Shown here piece by piece: positions 18,543 to 28,465 of a stretch of DNA of 30,647 nucleotides. Numbering within the stretch: position 1 is the first letter of the stretch; every line of letters begins with the position of its first letter. The translations under genes and the position numbers were made by a program. The stretch is from Bdellovibrionales bacterium (GTDB lineage: Bacteria; Bdellovibrionota; Bdellovibrionia; Bdellovibrionales; UBA1609), in assembly GCA_050246815.1 (NCBI GenBank), contig JBFWVI010000038.1, positions 1 to 30,647 on the forward strand, in the 5' to 3' direction. Under the pieces are notes generated by a model. The model did not search any database and was not told the DNA's origin. It saw only the letters and a list, made by a program, of their open reading frames with translations.

Positions 18543-18998
18543 ATGGCCTTTTTATCCCTGTTTAAATTTATTTTGAGCCTTCTGACGACCACTGCTTTGG
18601 CGGCACCCACCGCGCAGATGCAATACCCCACTTACGAAGGACCCGAGACCCAAGGGCATGGCACCTGCTCAATTAGCATTTTACGCCAAAGCCCCATCTT
18701 CATGCGTGTGATGTTCACGATCACTTCACCCCAAGGCGACCTGACTCATTTGGACGTTTACACTCTGGAAGCAAAAAACAAAGACGCTCTGGTCTTCGAA
18801 AAGAAAAACCCGCCCGAAATTTGGGGCAAAAACAACATGCAGGGTCTGATGCGCATGTCGTTTGAAACGGGCCGAGCCAATACTCTGACCTTTCAATATA
18901 TTAAGTTGATGACGATCATGGGCAATGACCAGCGCCTACTGCAAAACTCAGTGATGCCGATTTACGAGTGCCCGACCTTGGCTTTAATTCGCCGTTGA
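18543..18998 (+). CDS. Hypothetical secreted protein
   Basis: 151-aa ORF with a signal-peptide-like N-terminus (ALA-A) and two Cys; fills the gap between the SDR gene and murJ. No family recognised. Confidence 0.7.
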   Translation: MAFLSLFKFILSLLTTTALAAPTAQMQYPTYEGPETQGHGTCSISILRQSPIFMRVMFTITSPQGDLTHLDVYTLEAKNKDALVFEKKNPPEIWGKNNMQGLMRMSFETGRANTLTFQYIKLMTIMGNDQRLLQNSVMPIYECPTLALIRR

Positions 18999-20575
18999 AG
19001 AGCGCCCAATGTGCGCACGGCCTCCGCCGAACCGCATAAAGTCGCCGTCATAAAATAAGTCACCGCTGCCACGGCAATTGTCAGTAGCAGGATCAACGCC
19101 CTCACCAGCGCATTGGGCTCTGACGCCTGCCCCATCAACCACTCATGGCCAAAGTGACTGACAGCGGCCATTAACAACAATGCCGGCACCACGCGCGCCA
19201 CGGCGACAAAAATACTTTTTAGGCCGACGGGGCCCAGCCAAAAGTGAAATGCCACTTGCAGCATGATCATGTTTAAAGCGCCCGACACCGCCGTAGCAGT
19301 GGCCAACCCCACCACACCGTAAGAACCGATTAAAAGTTTTGCCAATATCAAATGCGCTAGCAAAACAATCGCCGCCACCACTGCTGGCAAACGGGTGTTT
19401 TTAATGGCGTAAAAACCTGGCACCGTCACCTTGGCTAAACTTGAAACCACCAACAATCCCGAATAGACCTGCACGATTTCAGCCGTGGTGCGCGCATCAT
19501 CGGCACCAAATGCCCCGCGCATAAATAAAACTTCAATAATCGGTTGAGCTAAAATAAACATGCCCACCGCCGCAGGCAGAGCCAAAAACAACATCGCCCT
19601 TAAACCTTCGTTGGCGGTTTCAAGCATCGCCGCCTTGTTTCCTGCAGCCAATTGCCGCGAAAAGGCCGGCAGCAAAGCAGTGCCCAAACTGATGGCAATA
19701 ATCGATTGGGGCAGTTCTAAAATTCGGTCGCTGGCGAACAGATAACTTTGGGTGCCTTCGGGCAAAGTGGCCGCAAAAAACGTGTTGGCGATGGTCATCA
19801 CTTGGTAAATGCCAAGGCCAATAAGACTGGGCCCCAAATTGCTGAGCACAGCCCTAAGACCGGGCACGCGAAAATTAAAAACCAAGCGGGGCAAGTGGCC
19901 TATTTGATACAGCTGAACGGCCACCAAAACCACTTGCACCACACCCCCCGCCACCACACCCCATGCCAAAACTGACCCCGGCACTGCCAGTAAATTTTGC
20001 GGCAAAAGGGCAAAGCAAATAAATACAAAATTGAATAGGGCGGGCGCCAAGGCGGGAATAAAAAACTTCTGACGGGCGTTTGAAATGCCCATCAAAAAGG
20101 CATAGGTGGTGACTAAAAAAACATACGCCACCATGATGCGCGATAAATTCGCCGTCAGTTCCATTTTGCCGGGAATGGCGGCGTAACCCTGCTTATCCCC
20201 GACCCAAAGCTCAAGCAAAGGCTCCATCAGCACAAAGGCCAATACGGTCAAAGTCATGGTGATTGAACAAAGCAGTGTGAAAGTCGCATTGGCCAAATTG
20301 CGAGCCCGCTCACCACTTGAGTCCGCGTGCATCTGCTCGATGTACACAGGGATAAAGCTGGCCGACAGGGACCCCTCGCCCAGCAACCGCCGAACCAGGT
20401 TGGGCAGGCGAAAAGCCACCACAAAGGCATCGGTCACGGTGCGCGAAAATAGGGCTAAAAGCACAGCATCACGGACATAGCCCAGTATCCGGCTTAAAAT
20501 CGTGCCCAGGGACATCGCGACAGCGGCCTTGATAACACTAGGTTTTTTCTCAGGAATATGGCCTTCTGCCGTCAT
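18962..20575 (-). CDS. murJ: Lipid II flippase MurJ (MviN)
   Basis: SRILGYVRD, AFRLPNLVRRLLGEGSLSASFIP, many TM helices; ATG 20575 follows GAAGGGG (the track starts at GTG 20584). Confidence 0.96.
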   Translation of the reverse strand: MTAEGHIPEKKPSVIKAAVAMSLGTILSRILGYVRDAVLLALFSRTVTDAFVVAFRLPNLVRRLLGEGSLSASFIPVYIEQMHADSSGERARNLANATFTLLCSITMTLTVLAFVLMEPLLELWVGDKQGYAAIPGKMELTANLSRIMVAYVFLVTTYAFLMGISNARQKFFIPALAPALFNFVFICFALLPQNLLAVPGSVLAWGVVAGGVVQVVLVAVQLYQIGHLPRLVFNFRVPGLRAVLSNLGPSLIGLGIYQVMTIANTFFAATLPEGTQSYLFASDRILELPQSIIAISLGTALLPAFSRQLAAGNKAAMLETANEGLRAMLFLALPAAVGMFILAQPIIEVLFMRGAFGADDARTTAEIVQVYSGLLVVSSLAKVTVPGFYAIKNTRLPAVVAAIVLLAHLILAKLLIGSYGVVGLATATAVSGALNMIMLQVAFHFWLGPVGLKSIFVAVARVVPALLLMAAVSHFGHEWLMGQASEPNALVRALILLLTIAVAAVTYFMTATLCGSAEAVRTLGALQRRIKAKVGHS

Positions 20576-20699
20576 TTGCGGCACCCCTTCGGCGGGCTTT
20601 TTAAAAGCCCTCTCTTGGTGTCTTGCGTCGCAGCCAAGCGTGTGATATCTCCAAGCTTTTCGCGTGAAGGACCAATTGTCAATCTAGAGGAGATTTTAA

Positions 20700-20963
20700 A
20701 TGGCAACCCACAAGTCAGCCGAAAAGCGCGCCCGCCAGTCCGTGCGCAAGAACGCCATCAACCGCAAAACTCGCAGCACCGTTCGCACCGTCGACAAACA
20801 AATGCGTGATCTGTTGGTGAAGAAAGATAAAAAATCGGCTGAAGCCCTCTTAAGCACATTCATGAGCGTCGTGGCCAAAGCCGCGCAAAAAGGCGCCATC
20901 CACACGCGCAATGCCGCTCGCCTGATCAGCCGCGTGTCGGAACAAGTCTCGAACCTGAAATAA
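20700..20963 (+). CDS. rpsT: 30S ribosomal protein S20
   Basis: MATHKSAEKRARQ, KGAIHTRNAAR; GAGGAG RBS. Confidence 0.97.
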   Translation: MATHKSAEKRARQSVRKNAINRKTRSTVRTVDKQMRDLLVKKDKKSAEALLSTFMSVVAKAAQKGAIHTRNAARLISRVSEQVSNLK

Positions 20964-20977
20964 TCTGTCGATCCCTT

Positions 20978-21013
20978 AAAAGGAAAACACCCAAAGGAAT
21001 TTTTCTTTGGGTG
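20978..21013 (-). terminator. Intrinsic terminator between convergent rpsT and PilZ genes, possibly bidirectional
   Basis: 9-bp stem CACCCAAAG (20988-20996) / CTTTGGGTG (21005-21013); on the minus strand it is followed by TTTTCCTTTT. Confidence 0.7.
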
Positions 21014-21069
21014 ACGCCTTCGCATCAAATTGGTCTTAAAATCGAAAATAAAATCGTGATGGAAACGAA

Positions 21070-21453
21070 CTACTGGGTGCTGGAATTGCGGCCCGTTTGA
21101 GCAACGTAGTTGCGCACTTCGCGTTTGATATTGAAATCCAGGTTCAAAAACTCGACGCCATAGCGGTCGGCTTGACCATTTTCGGCGGGCAACACATAGC
21201 GCACGCAAGCCAACACCACGTCCGGCGGCAAGCCGGGAAGTTTAAAGCTGACCACGACTTTTTGTCCCATGGCCAAGGGGGTTTTGGAGTTGATCATCAT
21301 GCCGCCCTCACCGATCTGAACGGCTCGGCTGACATGATAGGCACCACGAACCAAAAGACCGATGCGATTGAAAAAATCGCGACGCGGAACCCGCCTGCGG
21401 CGGATGATCATGCGGGGATCTTGACCCGGTTCTTTCTTGGCGATTTGGTCCAT
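21070..21453 (-). CDS. Stand-alone PilZ-domain protein
   Basis: RRVPR (RxxxR) switch, QIGEGG at the D/NxSxxG position, VRY and YGVEF beta-barrel strands. Confidence 0.82.
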   Translation of the reverse strand: MDQIAKKEPGQDPRMIIRRRRVPRRDFFNRIGLLVRGAYHVSRAVQIGEGGMMINSKTPLAMGQKVVVSFKLPGLPPDVVLACVRYVLPAENGQADRYGVEFLNLDFNIKREVRNYVAQTGRNSSTQ

Positions 21454-21499
21454 AACTTCTTATCGGCTGACCAACGGCCAGGATCGACCGGATAAAAGT

Positions 21500-22501
21500 C
21501 TAGAGTTGGCAGGCTTTCAGGATGAAGTTTTCAAGCCAAATATGAGACGACACAGGCGAAGATTTTAGCGCTTTGTCGGTGTCTTTGAGGGCATGAATCA
21601 TCTGTGTGATCTTGCTGTCAGACCAAAGTCGGGCTTGGCTTTGATAGTCTTTTAAAAAGAACTGCGGGATTCCCGCCTTCAAACAGAGTTTGGTCGGTGG
21701 CATGCCTTCACGAACTCCATCACGAACCGCGCTTAAAATGCGAATGTGCCGAGCGATCATAGCCACTGCACCGATTTCGTTTTGCCCATGCTCAAGCAAG
21801 TGGGCCAAGGACTGCAAAGCCATGGCCCGATCTTGACGGCCGATGGCATTGGTCAAATCAAAAACGCTGTCGGCTTTAGAACGTGAGACCACTTTCAAAA
21901 CATCTTCAGCGTCTACACTTTTGCGTGGGCCAACAAAGTCGCGAAGTTTTAAGACCTCGTTGTTCAATTCAGTCAGACTGGCGCCAATCAACTGGCGAAG
22001 CAAAGCCGCGGCCTCGTTTTGAATGGTCAACCCATGCTTGGCGCCGATGTAGTCGATCCAAGCGGCCAACTGATTGTCGTAGGGGCGACTGAGCTCCACG
22101 ACTGTCGAGGTCTCGGCCAAACGCTTAAAGGTTTTGCGACGCTTGTCGACCTTGTCGGCCAAAAGCACCAAGGTGGTGGAGTCCACCGGCTGATCAAAAA
22201 TCGGCGCCAAAACATCCCAGTCTTTTTCTTTGAAACTTTGTACGTTGCGCACCACCACCAAGCGGCGCGGGCTCATCATCGGCAGCATTTCAATGGTGTC
22301 GCGGATTTTAATCACATCATCATCGCCGGCAAAAAACTGATCCGAGTTGAAATCGATCGCGCCATCGGTCAAAACCGCAGCCTTGATGCCGGTCAGCGCT
22401 TCATTCATCAAAAAATAATCTTCGCCAACCAGCAAATAGATGGTTTGTGGCGTGCCTTTTTGCAGATGCATTTGCAAACGTCGTAAATCCCAAGATGCCA
22501 T
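21500..22501 (-). CDS. holA: DNA polymerase III subunit delta
   Basis: IYLLVGED, LPMMSPRRLVVV, NEVLKL, VFDLTNAIG, DKALKS; directly downstream of lptE. Confidence 0.93.
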   Translation of the reverse strand: MASWDLRRLQMHLQKGTPQTIYLLVGEDYFLMNEALTGIKAAVLTDGAIDFNSDQFFAGDDDVIKIRDTIEMLPMMSPRRLVVVRNVQSFKEKDWDVLAPIFDQPVDSTTLVLLADKVDKRRKTFKRLAETSTVVELSRPYDNQLAAWIDYIGAKHGLTIQNEAAALLRQLIGASLTELNNEVLKLRDFVGPRKSVDAEDVLKVVSRSKADSVFDLTNAIGRQDRAMALQSLAHLLEHGQNEIGAVAMIARHIRILSAVRDGVREGMPPTKLCLKAGIPQFFLKDYQSQARLWSDSKITQMIHALKDTDKALKSSPVSSHIWLENFILKACQL

Positions 22502-22504
22502 GCT

Positions 22505-23071
22505 TTAGAAGTTCTCCGTCATGCGGTCGTGGGCCTCTTCCATCATCTCTTTGGCCAAAGCCGTTAGACTTTGCTGCCTTGCGCTTTGGTTGTAAAGCAC
22601 GTTGGCAGAATTCACCACAGGCGTGCCGATCTGCGGCGCCGAATAAACTTTTTCGTTATTCACAGAACCTTCCCAAAGCACCGCTTGATCCGAAACCCGA
22701 CGCAAACGAAAGCGCATGGTCACCAAGATCTGATACGAGGTCGTCAAAACCGCGTTTTGTGGTAATGCCGGAATCTCTTTGCTCTGAGCCGCCGAACGAC
22801 TGCCGTATTTGACGGATTCAATTTCACCCTCAAGCTTTAACGGTGCATTGTCGACCGGCACGATTTCGGCGATCTGGGATTGTTCGAACTCGCGGATCAT
22901 CGCGTTGGTGAAGGCCACTTCTGCACCGACCTCTTGAGTTTTATTGCTGAAAACCGGAATCGCCAGCTGACGATAGCCGCCCGGCAGGCTGCGGCTGCCG
23001 ATGCCCATTTGATAGGCACACGAGCTTAGCAACAAGGCACACAATAGGGCTGTCATTTCCAGATTTCGCAC
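22505..23071 (-). CDS. lptE: LPS assembly lipoprotein LptE
   Basis: Lipobox LSSC-AY, IPVFSNKT, size and position immediately upstream of holA. Confidence 0.85.
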   Translation of the reverse strand: MRNLEMTALLCALLLSSCAYQMGIGSRSLPGGYRQLAIPVFSNKTQEVGAEVAFTNAMIREFEQSQIAEIVPVDNAPLKLEGEIESVKYGSRSAAQSKEIPALPQNAVLTTSYQILVTMRFRLRRVSDQAVLWEGSVNNEKVYSAPQIGTPVVNSANVLYNQSARQQSLTALAKEMMEEAHDRMTENF

Positions 23072-23158
23072 GCCTTGAACCTAGCCTTGGCCGACGATTT
23101 TATCAATCCTCTCGACGTCATTATTGAAGCGCGCTATGACCTTGAATAAGTTAAGGAA

Positions 23159-24331
23159 ATGAAAATGTCGAACGCCTTACTGCCCTATCGCCTGCTGACC
23201 CCCGGCCCTGTGCCTTTGGCACCAGAGGTTCTGCGTGCTTTGAGCGAACCGGTGCGCCATCACCGCACCCCGGAATTCGAAGCTGTATTGCAGCGCGTGT
23301 GGTTTGGATTAAAATGGATTTTTCAAACGCAGCAAGACGTGATGACCCTGACTTGCACCGGTTCGGGCGCCATGGAGGCCGCACTGGTGAACACCCTTTC
23401 ACCCGGCGATGAAATTATTTGTACCGTCATCGGCAAATTTGGCGAACGCTGGGCCGATATGGGCGAACGCTTTGGCCTTAAAGTGCACCGTCTTAGCGTA
23501 CCGTGGGGCCGCGCCGTTGATTTGGCCGAACTTGAACAAGAATTAAAAAAGTATCCGGCCATCAAAGCCGTTTTACTGCAAGCTGTGGAAACCAGCACCG
23601 CCACCATGAACCCGGTGCGCGAAATCGCCGCTCTGGTGAAACAAAAAAGCCAAGCATTGGTGATGGTCGATGCCATCACGGGACTTGGCGCCATGGACCT
23701 AGCCATGGACGATTGGGGCTTGGATGTGGTGGTGGCGGGCTCGCAAAAAGCATTTATGCTGCCCACGGGTTTGGCCTTTATCGCGCTGTCTGAAAAAGCG
23801 TGGAACGCGAATAAGACCGCCAAACTCCCCCGCTATTATTTTGATTTGGCCGCAGAGAAAAAGGCCAATCAAAAGGGCCAGACTTATTTCAGTTCGGCAA
23901 ATTCTCATTTGGTTGCCTTGGATGTGGTTTTTGAACGTTTTCAAAAAATGGGACAGCGGCTGCTGAGAAAGCGCTGTGAGCTTTTGGCCGAGGCCACCCG
24001 CGCCGGCGGCGAAGCCTTAGGGCTTAGCGTTTATTCACGTTCGCCCGCCCCTTCCGTGACGGCGTTAATAGTCCCCGACAAAGTGGATGGCGTAAAACTG
24101 CGCGATCATTTAGAAAAGCAATACAACGTCACAGTCATGGGCGGCCAAGATCAATTGCTGGGCAAGATCTTGCGCATCGGCCATTTGGGTTACATCACCG
24201 ACGAAGATTTGATTCAAGGTATGGACCTGCTGGCTCAATCGCTTAAAGATCTGGGCTACACGGGTTTACAGCGGACCTTAAGCCAAAGCACGATCAAAAC
24301 TATTTTGGCAAGAGGCCCCGGTGCCAACTAA
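23159..24331 (+). CDS. Class V PLP aminotransferase (alanine-glyoxylate/serine-pyruvate or phosphoserine aminotransferase-like)
   Basis: LLTPGP, HHRT, GSGAMEAA, GKFGERW, ETST, VDAI, GSQKAFMLP (PLP Lys), RIGHLG. Start may be 23165. Confidence 0.92.
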   Translation: MKMSNALLPYRLLTPGPVPLAPEVLRALSEPVRHHRTPEFEAVLQRVWFGLKWIFQTQQDVMTLTCTGSGAMEAALVNTLSPGDEIICTVIGKFGERWADMGERFGLKVHRLSVPWGRAVDLAELEQELKKYPAIKAVLLQAVETSTATMNPVREIAALVKQKSQALVMVDAITGLGAMDLAMDDWGLDVVVAGSQKAFMLPTGLAFIALSEKAWNANKTAKLPRYYFDLAAEKKANQKGQTYFSSANSHLVALDVVFERFQKMGQRLLRKRCELLAEATRAGGEALGLSVYSRSPAPSVTALIVPDKVDGVKLRDHLEKQYNVTVMGGQDQLLGKILRIGHLGYITDEDLIQGMDLLAQSLKDLGYTGLQRTLSQSTIKTILARGPGAN

Positions 24332-25298
24332 ACTGTTGATCTGCGATGCCTATGAAGGTCAGGCCATCGCCCGCCTGAAGGCCGAACTCGATTGCACCAT
24401 CGCCAAATCTGCGGATTTGAAACCTAGTGCGCTAGAGCTCGGCGAGGTTGAAGGGCTGCTGATCCGCTCACGCACCAAAGTCGACAGACATCTGCTGGAT
24501 CTGGCTCCGAATTTAAAATTCGTCGTCACCGCCACCAGCGGTTTTGACCATATTGATTTTAAAACCTGCATTCAAAAAGGCGTGACTGTCAGCTTTACCC
24601 CTGAAGCCAACGCCGCCAGCGCCGCCGAACTGACTGTGGCGTTGATGCTCAACCTGATGCGCCGGTTAAACGAGGGCATGAGATCGGTCTCGCAACACAA
24701 ATGGCGCGAAGACCAACTGCGCGGTGAAACCTTGCAAGGCAAAACCTTGGGCCTGGTGGGCCTAGGCCGCATCGGTCAAAGAGTCGCCCGCGCGGCCAAT
24801 GCCCTGGGCATGAAGATCATCGCCCACGATCCCTATCAAAATGAAAATGTCTTTAAAGCCTTGGGCGTCACCCGACAAGCCTTTACTGAACTGTTACTTT
24901 TAAGTGATGTGGTCAGCTTTCACGTGCCCATGACCAAAGAAACCAAATATATGTTGAACCACCAAACCTTTCGACTGATCAACCCCGAAGCCGTGGTGAT
25001 CAATGTCTCAAGAGGCCCGGTGATTCACGAGAGTGAATTGATTTTAGCTTTGGACGAGGGCTTGATTCGAGGGGTCGCCTTGGATGTTTATGAAAAAGAA
25101 CCCCTGCCCAAAGAGTCGCGCCTGAGGGGGCGCAAAAATGTGATCATGACCCCCCATGTGGGCGCGTTCACGACCGAGGCCATTGAACAAGCCTCGATGC
25201 AGGCGGTCGAGCGAACTTTAGATTTTTTCAAAACCGGTAAGAGCCGCGACAGCTTACCCATCCAGGCGGGTTGGTTTGAGCAAATCGTCGTCGAGTAA
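24321..25298 (+). CDS. D-isomer 2-hydroxyacid dehydrogenase, D-3-phosphoglycerate dehydrogenase-like, without ACT domain
   Basis: IRSRTKV, GFDHID, GLGRIG, NVSRG, LDVYEKEP, TPHVGA; overlaps the aminotransferase stop. Confidence 0.88.
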   Translation: MPTKLLICDAYEGQAIARLKAELDCTIAKSADLKPSALELGEVEGLLIRSRTKVDRHLLDLAPNLKFVVTATSGFDHIDFKTCIQKGVTVSFTPEANAASAAELTVALMLNLMRRLNEGMRSVSQHKWREDQLRGETLQGKTLGLVGLGRIGQRVARAANALGMKIIAHDPYQNENVFKALGVTRQAFTELLLLSDVVSFHVPMTKETKYMLNHQTFRLINPEAVVINVSRGPVIHESELILALDEGLIRGVALDVYEKEPLPKESRLRGRKNVIMTPHVGAFTTEAIEQASMQAVERTLDFFKTGKSRDSLPIQAGWFEQIVVE

Positions 25299-25335
25299 GG
25301 CTTGCCAAAGCCAGACGATAAAGCCAAGATTCTAA

Positions 25336-26652
<1,317 letters not shown>

Positions 26653-26665
26653 CCCCCCTGAATAG

Positions 26666-26694
26666 TTGACATATCCGCCCGGTTACCCCAAATT
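26666..26694 (+). promoter_or_regulatory. Probable sigma70 promoter of the tRNA pair
   Basis: TTGACA (26666-26671), 17-bp spacer, CAAATT (26689-26694), 20 nt upstream of tRNA-Lys. Confidence 0.65.
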
Positions 26695-26714
26695 ACACGC
26701 TCTGTTTTACAAGT

Positions 26715-26790
26715 GACCCGCTAGCTCAGTTGGTAGAGCACTTCACTTTTAATGAAGGGGTCGATGGTTCAAGTCCATCGCGGGTCACCA
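26715..26790 (+). tRNA. tRNA-Lys (anticodon UUU)
   Basis: Hand-folded cloverleaf: acceptor GACCCGC/GCGGGTC, D stem GCTC/GAGC, anticodon stem CTTCA/TGAAG with loop CT-TTT-AA, T arm GATGG-TTCAAGT-CCATC, encoded CCA. Confidence 0.97.
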
Positions 26791-26817
26791 ATTGTTTTTT
26801 GAAATGATTTAGGCTGC

Positions 26818-26893
26818 GTCCCCATCGTCTAGAGGCCTAGGACAATTCCCTTTCACGGAATAGACCGGGGTTCGAATCCCCGTGGGGACGCCA
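26818..26893 (+). tRNA. tRNA-Glu (anticodon UUC), probable integration site
   Basis: Acceptor GTCCCCA/TGGGGAC, anticodon stem ATTCC/GGAAT with loop CT-TTC-AC, T arm CGGGG-TTCGAAT-CCCCG, discriminator G, encoded CCA. Confidence 0.97.
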
Positions 26894-28465
26894 ATTTTGA
26901 TTTTCACTCATTTCAGCAATAGTAGCGAACGGTTTTCTCAAACCGTATCGCAGATTTACGCCATCTAATATCGGGTTCCAACAGACCCTTTTCAAGATTT
27001 CCAGTCGTTCTGTCAGACTTCCTTTTTTCCATAATTCTTTCGCTTCTTTAGCGAGTTCCAATACAGTTTCAGCAGTTACCTTCCAAGCATCAGAAATTTT
27101 GTACTGAGCATCCTCCAAAAGTTTTGTGAAATGCTTTTGGTCGGCTTCGATTTGCTCAAGCTTCACGGCATAGTCTTCGTTGGTAATGATTTTATCTGCC
27201 AGCAGATCCAAATACTTCAACCGTCGCTCGTGCAAAGTGGTGAGCGCCTTTCTATATTCATTCATTTCAGCAGCGATAGCCTCTTTAGCTATTTTGTCTG
27301 TTTCATTTAATGCCTCAGCTATTTCTTTTGCTCTCTGCTCAGAGATACTGATTTTATCAAGTGCTGGCTCAAAAGCCTTCATTAGCTCCTCCTCAGTTGT
27401 GTACATGCCCTTCAAAGATTCATGGACCCCTCTAGAGTTGGAGCATCTGTAATACTTGAACTCCTTTTTCTCCCCAGTTTCCTTAATCTTCTTTTTGGTA
27501 TGTTCACATACTATCTGTAATCCACACTCTGGATGACCACATCTTATCCAACCGCCAGAAAAAATGCCTTTTTCTACTGATGCTCTTCTGTGGACCCTCT
27601 TGTGACCAAACCTCTCATCAACAGCATCAAGTAATGGCTTTGGAATGATAAGCTCGTGCTTGCCCTTATATTCTATTCCCTGCCAATCAAATGACCCCCG
27701 ATAAAACTTATTCTTTAAACGAGCCTCAATGCCGTGCTTGGAATAGGTATTTATTTTTGATGGCAAAATAAATCCGTCTTCAATAATCTGCTCGCGGATC
27801 GCAGCCACTGAATAACCCTGAGCACATAACTCAAATTCACGGATGACTTGTTTAACGGCTCTTTCATTGGGGTTTTTAACGATTGTTGAGCCACGTTTCT
27901 TGGCTCTGCCATTTTCATCAATTGGAAAACTATGGATATAGCCAAGCGGAGCATGGTTATTTGGAAACCAACCCTCCTCAGCCTTTCTTCTCATAGCATC
28001 GACAACCTTAACTCGAAGTCTTCTAGAAAAGTCTTTACTGCCTACAGCTTGGTAATCTCTGGCCGTAAAATCAGATTCAGGGCTATCTTTGTGGAGGATT
28101 TTTCGTTCCTGAACGTAGTGAAGGACAATCCTGTCCTGAAGAACCAATTTTTCATTATATTCATTGTCCGTTAAATTTCGCGCTTCGCGATCCCCCATAT
28201 AAAAGAGGATGTGCCGAGCACCATTCTTCAATGCCCACGAGATAGCATGATGGTACTTCTTGCGTGAATCTGAATCCTTTGCTGACTCATATATTTTGAA
28301 GACCTCTATTAGATCCAATCCCTTTTCTTTAATCCATTCTGCCACACGCTCAGCCTGAACAGTGTGGGACAACCCATCTACTTGCTTTTTTGTACTTACC
28401 CGTAGAATTGCAATCGCTTTGTTAGAAGCGCCAATCCACTCATTTTTATCATTTGAATATTTCAT
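26837..28465 (-). CDS. Large serine recombinase (integrase)
   Basis: Resolvase domain LRVSTKKQ (Ser24), ESAK, DREARN; recombinase domain APLGY and LKNKFYRG...GKHELII; zinc ribbon CGHPECG...YYRC; coiled coil. GAGGT RBS before ATG 28465. The last 57 nt overlap tRNA-Glu antisense. Confidence 0.95.
   Translation of the reverse strand: MKYSNDKNEWIGASNKAIAILRVSTKKQVDGLSHTVQAERVAEWIKEKGLDLIEVFKIYESAKDSDSRKKYHHAISWALKNGARHILFYMGDREARNLTDNEYNEKLVLQDRIVLHYVQERKILHKDSPESDFTARDYQAVGSKDFSRRLRVKVVDAMRRKAEEGWFPNNHAPLGYIHSFPIDENGRAKKRGSTIVKNPNERAVKQVIREFELCAQGYSVAAIREQIIEDGFILPSKINTYSKHGIEARLKNKFYRGSFDWQGIEYKGKHELIIPKPLLDAVDERFGHKRVHRRASVEKGIFSGGWIRCGHPECGLQIVCEHTKKKIKETGEKKEFKYYRCSNSRGVHESLKGMYTTEEELMKAFEPALDKISISEQRAKEIAEALNETDKIAKEAIAAEMNEYRKALTTLHERRLKYLDLLADKIITNEDYAVKLEQIEADQKHFTKLLEDAQYKISDAWKVTAETVLELAKEAKELWKKGSLTERLEILKRVCWNPILDGVNLRYGLRKPFATIAEMSENQNWRPHGDSNPGLFRERELS

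Noticed and set aside
20594..20610. Inverted repeat GGGCTTTT-T-AAAAGCCC between murJ and rpsT
   Set aside because: A single instance with no matching known operator; function cannot be supported.
20696..21208. 170-aa minus-strand ORF over rpsT
   Set aside because: Antisense to rpsT, crosses a terminator and overlaps the PilZ gene out of frame.
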